A stretch of 64,000 nucleotides of DNA. It comes from Octopus sinensis (Eukaryota). Below, piece after piece: positions 52,117 to 64,000 of this stretch. How positions within the stretch are numbered: position 1 is the first letter of the stretch; each line of letters starts with the position of its first letter. The notes beneath the pieces are model-generated. The model had not been told where the DNA came from, made no database searches, and saw only the letters and a program-made list of their open reading frames with translations. The position numbers were made by a program, and so were the translations under genes. The stretch lies in assembly GCF_006345805.1 (NCBI RefSeq), contig NC_043005.1, positions 55,366,001 to 55,430,000 on the forward strand. The letters run 5' to 3'.

Positions 52117-52896
52117 GATTCTGCCATTTGATGCGGAGGAATTTCCGGAGGCAGCGCAGGTGAAAGATGTTTAGGCGATGCTCTTGGCGTGTGTATAGCA
52201 TCCAAGTCTCACTTCCATACAGTAGAGTGCTAAGTACCATACAGTAGAGAACTAAGTACACATGCCTGGTAGATCTTAATTTTCGTGATCTTGGTCAGCT
52301 TATTGTTGTCCCATGCCCGTTTGGAGAGTTGGGCCATCGCAGCAGCTGCCTTGCCAATGCGTATATTGAGCTCAGCATCAAGGAATACCAAGCATGTTTG
52401 CACTCCTCACACAAAGACGTATGAGATGGCTTGGGCATGTTAGCCGTATGAAAGATGGCAGAATCCCCAAGGACATACTCTACAGAGAGCTTGCTAGGGG
52501 TACTAGGTCTGTGGGTAGACCGTTCTTACGTTACAAGGATGTTTGCAAAAGGGACATGAAGGCCTGCAACATCAATATTAGCAGTTGGGAAGCAATTGCC
52601 AGCAACCGTGGAGATTGGCGACGTACCGTAAAAGAGGGAATACAAAGGAGTGACGGAGAGAGAGAGAGAGGAGAAATGGAAAGACAAGAAAAGACAACAA
52701 GAAACTATGACACTACAACCAGCCAGGAACAGTCTTCGCTACATTTGCAGTACCTGCCAGAGGGAGTGTTTGTCCAGGATAGGACTACACAGCCACAGCA
52801 GGAAATGTATCAGGACATGAAATGTAAAAGCCGGACTGGACTATTTTATGCACAACTCCATTGTCTCTCGAGACAAAAAGGATGCCAGCAACAACA
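52117..52896. mobile_element. RTE-BovB-type LINE with a 5' inversion
   Basis: 52117-52389 (minus): [16 protein letters not shown]...LLYGSETW...RIKWQNH. 52382-52896 (plus): [20 protein letters not shown], then a C2H2-like end and a (CAA)n tail. Confidence 0.9.
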
Positions 52897-52955
<59 letters not shown>

Positions 52956-53044
52956 CATACACACACACTCACACACATATATATATATATATGTATATGT
53001 ATATATATATATATGTATATATATATCTAGTAAATGACACATAT

Positions 53045-54350
53045 GTCAACATCATCATCATCATCATCATTTAGTGTCTGTTTTCGATGCTGGCATGGGT
53101 TAGGTGGTTTTAATGGAACTGGCTCCAGCCTTGTTTGGCTCACTTTCAATGGCTGGAGGCCTTCCTAACATCAATCACTCCAAGAGTATAATGGCTGTCT
53201 TTTACATGTCACTGGCACTGGCCTTGACTATGATTCCACTCATCTTGGTGTGTCTTCTCAAGCACAGCAAATCATCAAAGGTCTTGATCACTTGTCATCA
53301 CCTCCATGAGATTCAACATCAGAAGATCGTTACTTCACCATTGGATTCTATGTCTTCCTAGGTCTAACTTTTCCCCAGGTTCCCTCCACAGTTAGAGATT
53401 GGAACTTTTTATGCTACTGTCCTTGTCCATACACATCACACGACCATACCAGTAGAGTCTTCTCTCTTATTTCTTTACTGCCCACAAGGGGCTACATACA
53501 GAGGGGACAAACAAGGAGAGACAAACGGATTAAGTCGATTATATCGACCCCAGTGCGTAACTGGTACTTATTTAATCGACACCCGAAAGGATGAAAAGCA
53601 AAGTCGACCTTGGCGGAATTTGAACTCGGAACATAGCGGCAGACAAAATACCTAGTTCTTTACTAACCACAAGGGGCTAAACACAGAGAGGACAAACAAG
53701 GACAGACAAACGGATTAAGTCGATTACATTGACCCCAGGGCATAACTGGTACTTATTTAATCGACCCCGAAAGGATGAAAGGCAAGGTCGACCTCGGCGG
53801 AATTTGAACTCAGACGAAATACCGCTAAGCATTTCGCCTGGTGTGCTAACATTTCTGCCAGCTCACCACCAGCACAGTCTCCTCTCTTGCACACCACATC
53901 TGATGCCTCTTGTACCCTGTTTTTCTGTTGTATGTGCACATTGACTTTCCACATCCAGGGAACCATACTAGCTTTATTCCTTTCAAGCCTTCGCATGTCC
54001 TCTGCAGTCACAACCCATGTTTCACTGCTGTGTAGCATGGCTGTTCACACATGGGCATCATACAGCCTGCCTTTCACTTCGAGGGAGAGAGCCTTTGTTA
54101 CCAGCAAACGTAGACTCTCTCTGAACTCTGACCAGCCTATTCTTATTCTAGCAGCTACATGCTCAGAGTATCCACCTCCACTGCTGATTTGCTCACCTAG
54201 ATAATAGAAGCTATCTACTACTTCTAAGGATTCAGCTGGTATTTGACAAAAGTCTATTTTCTATACATTCCTAGCATTTATTGTATCTATACACCTGCCA
54301 CACACAAGGACTACTTTTTCTGTCAACTTTCTTCTGATACTGCTGCACTG
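53045..54350 (-). mobile_element. Decayed RTE LINE interrupted by a SINE C dimer
   Basis: MLHSSETWVVTAEDMRRLERNKASM is homologous to the 37703-38167 ORF and continues at 53350-53468 beyond the SINEs. Confidence 0.85.
53469..53868 (-). mobile_element. Head-to-tail SINE C dimer
   Basis: Two units bounded by a 20 bp direct repeat with 3 mismatches (53449-53468 and 53869-53888). Confidence 0.8.
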
Positions 54351-54379
54351 CTTATGTATGTGTATATATATATATGTAC

Positions 54380-54423
<44 letters not shown>

Positions 54424-54456
54424 GTATATATATATATGTATGTATATATATATATG

Positions 54457-54565
<109 letters not shown>

Positions 54566-54657
54566 ATATATGTAGTATCTATCTGTCTATACACACAAAT
54601 ACATACACATATACACACATGCATACATACATACATACATACTTACATATATATATG

Positions 54658-54689
<32 letters not shown>

Positions 54690-54717
54690 ATATATATATA
54701 TATTATATATATATATG

Positions 54718-54752
<35 letters not shown>

Positions 54753-54855
54753 ATATATGTAGTATCTATCTGTCTATACACACAAATACATACACATATA
54801 CACACATGCATACATACATACATACATACTTACATATATATATGTATACATATAT

Positions 54856-54932
<77 letters not shown>

Positions 54933-55449
54933 CTGTGCTCACTTCTATGAAAGCTGAGATATATACAAGCTGTGTTCGTGCTGTCTGTTCTCCTGCCAAC
55001 AAACCATCTGATTGTTTCATGCCTTTGATCCCTTACCTTACTTGAAGAAACATAAAAGTTAGCGACAAGAAAGATATTGGCTGTAGAACAATGTTTTAGC
55101 GACATATTTGTCTGACCATGCAACTATAGAAAAACAGATATAAAACTGAACAAAAGAAATCTGAATGAACACATGTGGATGCAAACACACACACACACAC
55201 ACACACACATGAGCGCATGTACACATACACACAGAGGCATGCACATGCACATGCACAAGCACATGTATATCTTTTGTTTTATGTTTTACTCGTTTCAGTT
55301 ATTAGTCTGCAGCCATGCTGGAGCACTGCTTTGAAGGGCTTTGGTTGAATCGATTGAGTCCCGATAGTTATCATTTTCAAGCCTGGTATGCATTCCATTG
55401 GTCTCTTACACTGAACTGATATGTTACAGGGATATGAACAAACCAACAC

Positions 55450-56190
<741 letters not shown>

Positions 56191-56937
56191 TCCAAACAAC
56201 ATCCATCCATGAATTTATTTATTTATCAATTTTTAAATACATATTTTATCTGTGAATTTGCGTCTGTAATCTGGGAATACGCACAATGAGCTTCTCTGCC
56301 CTAGGTGTATGGAAAACACTCGGCGAGAAATGGAAGAAAATTTTAAGAAAGAAGGAAAAAACATAATAATAATAATAATAATAATAATAACGATGATCAT
56401 CATCATCATTATCATCACCACCACCACCACCATCACCATCATACTTATTATTACTGTCATTATTAGATTGGGGAGCATGTGAGAAGGCTCGTGCTTTGGT
56501 GGTAGGGATTTGTGGGGTTCTTTGACTGGCTCCAGTTGGAGTTTTTCCTGCATCAAAAGAACTACATCATCTATGTTATCACATACTTTATCACAGTTCA
56601 CCATATTTTCCAGTTCTTTCTTCCCATGCTTTAGGTAAATCCATGCACAAATGTTGTCTGTCTTTGCGATGTCCCTTCATCTATGCCCCTGAGGTTAATA
56701 AAAGGAATTTATCATTATTATTATTATCATCATTATTTAGGCAGTGAGCTGGCAGAATTATGAGCACACTATGCAGGCAGTTTGTCTATCCCTATGTTCT
56801 GAGTTCAAATTCTGCCTAGGTTGACTTTGCTTCTCACCTTTTCGGGGTTGATAAATTAAGTACTAGTGGAGTACTTGGGTCGATGTAATCGACTTAACCC
56901 CTCCCCAAAAATTTTAGGCCTTGTGCCTATAGTAGAA

Positions 56938-58250
56938 AGACCTGTTGAGGCAAGTGAAAATCAAATCAAAACAAATCAAAATAGATGAACATCAATGGAA
57001 TCTGTATTTTTGTGGTACCAGTGCCGGTGGCACACACTTTGTGGTACCAGTGCCGGTGGCACACATGAGAACCATCCGAACGTGGCCGTAGCACTCTGCA
57101 TCGAGGCCTCCGTGCTGTGGGCACGTAACAAACACCATCCGATCAGCCGTTCGCCAGCCTCATCTGGCACCTGTGTCGGGGGCACACAAAAAAACACCTT
57201 CCGAAGACCCGGCAAGACTAGTCAGTCCACCTGTGCATACTTCCTTCCTTCTTGTGACACTTGTGAAGACCGGTTGAGGCAAGTGAAAATCAAATCAAAT
57301 CAAATCAAATCAAAATAGACAAAATAGATGAACATCAATGGAATTTGTATCTTGTGGTACCAGTGCCTGTGGCACACAAGAAATCCATCAGTGCCGTAGT
57401 CAGTGCGGTGGGCACATGACAAACACATTCCGATCGTGGCCGTGCGCCAGCCTCATCTAGCACCTGTGTCGGTGGCACATAAAAACACCATCCGAAGACC
57501 CGGCAAGACTAGTCAGGCCATAACCCATGGCCCCTACCTGGGACGTAGTCAGTCCACCTGTGCATACCTTCCTCTTGTGACACTTGTGAAGACCTGTGAG
57601 GCAAGTGAAAATCAAATCAAATCAAAACAAATCAAAATAGATGAACATCAATGGAATTTGTATCTTGTGGTACCAGTGCCGGTGGCACGTGGCACATAGA
57701 AAACCATCCGAACGTGGCCGTAGCCAGTACCGCATCGACTGGCCTCCGTGCTGTGGGCACGTAACAAGCACCATCCGATCGTGGCCGTTTGCCAGCCTCA
57801 TCTGGCACCTGTGTCGGTGGCACATAAAAACACCATCCGAGCGTGGCCGTCTGCCAGCCTCGTCTGGCACCTGTGTCGGTGGCACATAAAAAACACCATC
57901 CGAGCGTGGCCGTCTGCCAGCCTCGTCTGGCACCTGTGTCGGTGGCACATAAAAAACACCATCCGAGCGTGGCCGTCTGCCAGCCTCGTCTGGCACCTGT
58001 GTCGGTGGCACATAAAAACACCATCCGAGCGTGGCCGTTTGCAGCCTCGTCTGGCACCTGTGTCGGTGGCACATAAAATCACCCACTACACTCTCGGAGT
58101 GGTTGGCGTTAGGAAGGGCATCCAGCTGTAGAAACACTGCCAGATCTGACTGGACTGGTGCAGCTTTCGGGCTCCCCAGACCCCAGTTGAACCGTCCAAC
58201 CCATGCTAGCATGGAAAGCGGACGTTAAATGATGATGATGATGATGATGA
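56938..58250 (+). mobile_element. Expanded RTE 3' UTR-derived element: three large modules and ~62-63 bp tandem repeats
   Basis: Modules start gaggcaagtgaaaatcaaatcaaa near 56945, 57275 and 57597. The unit ggtggcacataaaaaacaccatccgagcgtggccgtctgccagcctcgtctggcacctgtgtc occurs about 4-5 times. RTE tail present. Confidence 0.85.
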
Positions 58251-58491
58251 TGATTATTATTATTATTATTAAGGTGATGAGCTGATAGAATCATTAGCAC
58301 ACTGGATGAAATGCTTAGCGGTCTTTCACCCATTGCTATGTTCTGAGTTCAAATCCCATCGAGGTCGACTTTGCCTTTCATCCTTTCGGGCTCCATAAAA
58401 TAAGTACACTGGGGTTGATGTGGTAAAATTTGAAACCATTATTATTATTATTATTATTATTATTATCATTATTATTATTATTATTATTATC

Positions 58492-58554
<63 letters not shown>

Positions 58555-58789
58555 GTTATTATTATTATTAAGGTGGCGAGCTGACAGAATCATTAGCACA
58601 TTGGGTAAAATGCTTAGCGGCATTTTGTTGCTATGTTCTGAGTTCAAATTCCACTGGGGTTGACTTTGCCTTTCATCCTTTTGGGGTTGATAAAATAAGT
58701 ATCAGTTGAACACTGGGGAGAGTCGATGTAATTGACCTACCCACTCTCCCAAAATTGCTGGCTCTGTGTCAAAATTTGTTATTATTTTT

Positions 58790-59580
58790 ATCATTATTTT
58801 ATGAAAACTCTCAGCTTATTTTGCTGGGTATGAGGGAAAGTGTCAGCTGTCCACAACCAGCAGACTAAAGTGACACTTGTTTCCTAGTCATGCTCTCCAC
58901 AGGATTTTGCAATCTTCATTCTTGATGACTCCTTCTGGGATTTTCTCATACTATGTTTTTGCTCCTTGTAGGCTATGATTTCCACAGCCCCCAATGGATC
59001 ATTCTTGTCACATTGTCATGTCTTTTGTAATCATGTTGTGCCAATTTGAGGCATTCACTAATAATGTGCCATGCCATTTCATCCCTCTCACCACACATTC
59101 TGCATTTGTCGCTGTTGTTAGTGTTGTTGATTCTGCATTTCACATAGTCCTTAATGCTTGTTCTTGTGCTGCACACAAAGTGCTTTTGCCTCTATCTTTA
59201 GGTCACACTGCTCTTCTGTATCTGTCTTGGCACTTGTATCTCTTAGAAACTTACTGTATATTTTTTTCTCTTTCCATGCTGTTTCTTTTTTTTGTGTTTT
59301 TTACCTCTTTAAGTTTTTCTTTCTTTACTCAATTATCAATTTTGATGATATCAGACTTCTTCACATGTTTCAACAATGGCTCCACAGTATTTTTCACATA
59401 CAATCCTAAACTGTTTTCCTCTACTTCAGTACAACCCTGGCAACTGATCAAACCTCACCCACCCTTTCTTCTGGACAAGTAAAGCCTACCGGTGTCACTC
59501 TTAGGGTAGAAGGCTCTGTGCACTCAATATTTTTCTTGTCCTCATATATATTTTCATCAGTTCTCTCTTTTGCCAGTTTA
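58790..59580 (-). mobile_element. R4/Dong-like LINE fragment (RT C-terminus and CCHC; RLE largely deleted)
   Basis: SDTGRLYLSRRKGG*GLISCQ, then KCRMCGERDEMAWHIISECLKLAQHDYKRHDNV, then EGVIKNEDCKILW; TAA-rich flanks. Confidence 0.85.
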
Positions 59581-59589
59581 TGATCCCAG

Positions 59590-60250
59590 TTTATTATTAT
59601 TATAATTATAGAAACAAAGCTCAGGTTTGATATTATTCCTGGTAGAAAGTTTGTAGGTGGTGGGTTACTGCCTGTAACCTTAAGTATCCACATGTTTTTG
59701 GCAGTCTTTCAAGTGCTTATCAACCCTCCTGATAATCCTAGTTGTCCTTAAGAGGCAAACATTTTGTAGGATCTCTACTGGGCATTCTGTTTCAAACTCC
59801 TTTAGCCATTTGGCTATATCTTGGCTTACTGTCCCAAGTACACCAATTATTATAGGCACGACCTATACTGTTTGCATGCTCCAATTTCTTCTTATTTCAA
59901 GCTTTAAGGGATTGTCTTTTCTTTGTTTTTCTTCATCTTTCTTTACAATTCTGGAATTAAATGGGTTTCCAAAGGTGAATTATAGCAAATGTCTAGGAAT
60001 TCCTTTCAACACATGGCTATGATGCTCCCCCACTACTTCTGCTTGTGATCAGAGACGCACGTATCGTCAGCCACTAAGGGACATGGTCAACTGGTTATGG
60101 TCAAACAACTGACAAGCAAATTTGTAGTATATAGCAGAATATTTGCTGTAGCCCATCCTTTATGCCAAGACAAAACAATGTACAATGTACACTTCCAATC
60201 AGTTAAGATGAGAAGCCACGAGAGCCACTGCCTGGTACTGCATCAGGGCA
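59590..60250 (-). mobile_element. Chimera of the 556-bp element's 5' half and an R4-like RLE C-terminus/3' UTR
   Basis: 59965-60250 matches 55553-55838. 59700-59960 encodes VVPIIIGVLGTVSQDIAKWLKEF...ILQNVCLL. (TAA)n on both sides. Confidence 0.75.
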
Positions 60251-60251
60251 A

Positions 60252-60288
<37 letters not shown>

Positions 60289-61158
60289 ATCCTCTCTCCT
60301 AATTTTAATCTTGATTTTGGTGAAGAACAAGTGCATATTATACATGGAGTTTTATGGTTTGCAGAGAAATCTAAAGATTTCTCGATGATAATGAATTTAC
60401 TGTTAAGATTTTTAATGTAAATTAGTTCAGACAATTATAAGCCCTGTCATAGGTAGGTAATCTGATGCACTTTTCTTTCTCAAATTGGAGCTTATACCAA
60501 CTGATATCACTTCTTAAGGAGTTTGGCTATTAATTTGCTCATTAACATGCTGAAATGCTTGTCATAAAGTAAATCTTTCACAAATAGATGTTTTTATTTT
60601 ATTTTATTTTATTTTATTGTATTTTATTTTCTGCTTTCATTTTTGTTTTTGTTTTGTTTTTTTTCCTTTTTTCCATACCTCAATCAAAAGTTATTTTAAG
60701 AAAAACTTTTTCCCAGTGCCCTAGAATCGAAAATGACCGAGTGAAAAATGTTTTATATTTTTATTTCTGTTTTTATTCTATCTTTATTTATTTTTTTTAT
60801 CTTTTATTTTTTTTATCTTTATTTTATTAAAAATTTTTTTTTTTCCTTCTTCCCTTGTTACCATAAAAATCTGTAAGTAAAGATAACTAGATGTCTGAAC
60901 TTGATTAGAAAAATCAATGTCTGATATCTCATCTACGATGTTTCTCTAGAGATTGAACATAATCAATACTGACTATGACAGAAGAATTTTTACTTGTTAT
61001 TTCCTTTCTTTCATTCTTCTTTTTTATATATATATATATATATATTTTTATAGTATCGTCTCTCATTCCTTCTTCTTTTCCTTTTTCCTTTTCTTTCTTT
61101 CTTTCACCACAATTGACTAAGAGGTGGGTGTCTTCTTGGTTTTTGTTCTTGCTGTCTT

Positions 61159-61194
<36 letters not shown>

Positions 61195-61324
61195 AGTTGT
61201 GGTTTTTGTTATTGTTGTTTATATATATATGTTGAATGTTAACATAAATACATTATTAGTCAACTGAGGTTTGGGTTAAAAAAACAAAACCATTTGCAAA
61301 GCAGCCTGATGAAGGCATATCAAT

Positions 61325-62330
61325 AATGCCGATGTTGGTGTGGTTGGTGTTACCGTTGATGGTGTTAATGGTGATGTTGTTGATGATGCTGGTGGTCTTA
61401 CTGGTGATGACGGCACTGGTGCTGGTAGTGTTATTGGTGTTAATATTTTTGGTGCTGGTGGTGACATTGCTGCTGTTATTGGTAGTGGAGTAGTGAGTGG
61501 TGGTCATTGGCGAGTGTGATTGTTGATGTCGATGTTATTGTTGTTACTGTTGATGATTTTGTTGTGGTGGTGCTAGTGGAGTGGTAGTGATGTTGATGTT
61601 GATCATATTGGTGTTGATGATAATAGTGATGTTGCTGTTGGTGATGATGCTGATAATATTACTAATGGCAATCTCGGATGGTAATGGTCGTGGTGTTAGT
61701 GTTACTGGTGTTGCTGTTGATGATATTGCAGTTAGTGGTGGTGGTGGTGGTGGTGGTGGTGGTGATGGTGGTGGTGGTGGCGGTGTTGGTGTTGGTGGTG
61801 GTGGTGTTAATGATATTGGAATTGATGATGATGATGATGGTGATATCACTGTTGATAGTTTGGTGGTGGCAGAGATGGTGATGCTGGTGTTGGTGATGTT
61901 GGTGTTGATGGTGGTGGTGGTGGTGGTGGTGGTGGTTTTGCTGTCAATGGTGATGGTAGTAGTGGTGGTGGTGGTGGTGGCAAAGATGATGGAAATGTTG
62001 GTGTTACTGGTAATGTTGGTGATGATGATGATGCTGATGGCATTGGTAGTGGTGGCACTAGTGTTGCTTGTGTTGGTGTTCATAGTGGTGGCGATGGGTG
62101 GTGATATCGACGACGACGATGATGATGATGATGATGTTGGTGTTAATTGTGATGCTACTGATGCTAGTGATGATGATGGTGATAATGATAGTAATGTCAG
62201 TGATGAAATTGGTGATGATGTTTGTGACATTACCGATGTTGTAGTTGTTGTGGCTGTTGTTGTTGATGGTAGTGGTGGTGGTGGTGGTGGTGGTGGTGGT
62301 GATGGTGATGGTGATGGTCTACGAAAAGAA
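61325..62330. repeat. ~1 kb cryptic trinucleotide mosaic (GGT/GAT/GTT/GCT)
   Basis: Read directly from the sequence; the long ORFs on both strands are explained by composition. Confidence 0.9.
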
Positions 62331-62766
62331 GTATTGATGAATCTTTCTTGTCGTCATTAATCAATGAATGAAGGACGGTGAGTAAATGAGTTTGCTACGT
62401 TCCTTAGATTATGAAGTCTGCCTGATAGAATTGTCGTTATCAAGCGGAATTCCCACATGGCTATGTAACATGGTAAGTTGTAGAATTTACAAAAACACAC
62501 ACATATACATACACACACACATATAAAAAAACAGGTTGGAAAGCTCAAAACAACTTATTGATTTTAACAAAAGTAAAGTAAAATAATATGAGTGAGAGGG
62601 TGTATATATATGTGTGAATATATGTATATAAATATATACACATGTCTGTATGCACATGCACACATATGCATATATCTATCTATATCAATATATGTATACA
62701 TGCATGTATATGTTTACACACATACACACACATATAAATATACACATATATGCATGTATCTTTGAG

Positions 62767-62798
<32 letters not shown>

Positions 62799-62915
62799 TA
62801 CATATATGTATAAATATGTCTATATATATATGCATATATATATGTGTGTGTGTGTATATATGTATATATGTAGATACATGCACTGTGTGTATCTATGTAT
62901 ATCTATGTGTTTGTG

Positions 62916-62963
<48 letters not shown>

Positions 62964-63070
62964 AATGTATATATATGCATATATATATATGTGAGTGTGT
63001 ATATATATGTATATATGTGTGTTTGTGTATGTGTGTATATATATATATACACACATACATACATACACAT

Positions 63071-63115
<45 letters not shown>

Positions 63116-64000
63116 ATATATATATTGTATGTTATATAATTTTGTTCATTTCATTTTAAGTAAATATATTTGTTTGTTTATTTTTCTTCCAAACACTTTT
63201 TTTTGTTTTAAATCAACATGAGACCATTGAACCAAAGGGGGTTTTGATAAGGCTGCCATTTGAGGTCAAAGATAATTAGATGTATTCAGTCTTAACTAAA
63301 TTAATTACAAAATATGTAATAACAGAGGCTGATCAAAAAGTAATCAGGTAACATCAAATTTATTTATTTATCTATTTATTTATTTATTTATTTATTATTT
63401 ATTTATTCATCTTCCTCCACCCACTCTTTATCATCATCATCACCATCATCAACATCATTGTTATTGTTATCATAGTCATTGCTGTTGTTGTCACCACCAC
63501 CACCACCACCACCATCATCATCATTATCATCGACATCGTCATCATCATCATTATTAAACTCATCTTTTATTTTTACCATTTAATGCTAATGATAACATCC
63601 AGTTAAATGGAACAACATCAGCAGCAGCAACAGCAACAACATCAACAACAACTGCATCAGCAACAATGTCAACAACAACAGCAGCAGCAGCAACAACACC
63701 AACAGCTTTCCAATTTTTTGGATCTCCACATGATAGCAAATGGTGAATGGGGGAGAAAGAGAGAGTGGAGGAGGGGTTGGCTGGGGTTCAAATCTCTATA
63801 CAAACAGAATAAGTGAAACAGTTGACAACAGGGAAATATCAAAACAACTGACAATCTTGAAATATTGGTTTCAAATTTTGGCACAAGGCCAGCAATTTCG
63901 GGGGAGGAGATAGGTTGATTACATCGCCCTCCAGTGGGCAACTGGTACTTATTTATCAACCCTAAAAGGACAAGAAGCAAATTCAACCTTGAGGGTATTT

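Noticed and set aside
56460-56690. Protein-like minus-strand stretch (RDIAKTDNICAW...; DLPKAWEERTGKY, WW-like)
   Set aside because: The frames from the good acceptor hit stops before the best donor, and the WW similarity lacks the aromatic doublet and the second Trp.
57810-58075. HDV-like ribozyme in the 62-bp unit (gccagcctcgtctggc resembles HDV P3/L3)
   Set aside because: I could not build the P1/P1.1/P2/P4 nested pseudoknot or place a catalytic C.
57700-58080. CRISPR-like array (recurring ggtggcac-taaaaa-cacc motif with spacers; also 36800-37620 and 50188-50410)
   Set aside because: The spacers are homologous to each other, there are no cas genes, and the array lies in a LINE 3' UTR in eukaryotic DNA.
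61300-61335. ctgatga-a-ggcat...atgcc hammerhead half
   Set aside because: GAAA is replaced by gatg and there is no stem III; at most a truncated relic.
61544-62360. 259 aa and 228 aa ORFs on opposite strands
   Set aside because: GGT/GAT/GTT repeat mosaics lack stops by composition; there is no domain and no convincing splice context.
63607-63816. PolyQ ORF
   Set aside because: A CAA/CAG repeat with no supporting exon structure.

Overview
This is AT-rich, microsatellite-saturated eukaryotic DNA, most likely intronic or intergenic. The repeat repertoire suggests an octopus (coleoid cephalopod) genome; this is an inference from recalled SINE and LINE families and was not database-verified. No complete protein-coding gene, true tRNA/rRNA gene or CRISPR array is supported, and most listed ORFs are microsatellite artefacts. 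The window is a mosaic of decayed mobile elements: at least four SINE-like families, RTE LINEs (one young copy has a PHD finger inside the RT ORF; one RTE-BovB-type copy has a twin-priming 5' inversion), CR1 fragments, restriction-endonuclease-type (R4/Dong-like) LINE pieces in (TAA)n and (TATG)n tracts, a Penelope GIY-YIG remnant, Tc1/mariner and piggyBac-type elements, and two putative non-autonomous Helitrons. The main observation not covered by the ORF track is a set of type I hammerhead-ribozyme folds with palindromic stem III (the Penelope/retrozyme type). Six have intact cores and several more are degenerate, and they come from several unrelated sequence families. One pair is inverted, and one lies 37 nt from a predicted splice donor on the same strand. 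Also present: a nested ~1.8 kb inverted-repeat structure, copy-number-variable hairpin arrays in RTE 3' UTRs, and a few candidate host exons with no recognisable product. All coordinates and alignments were done by eye and may be off by a few nt.
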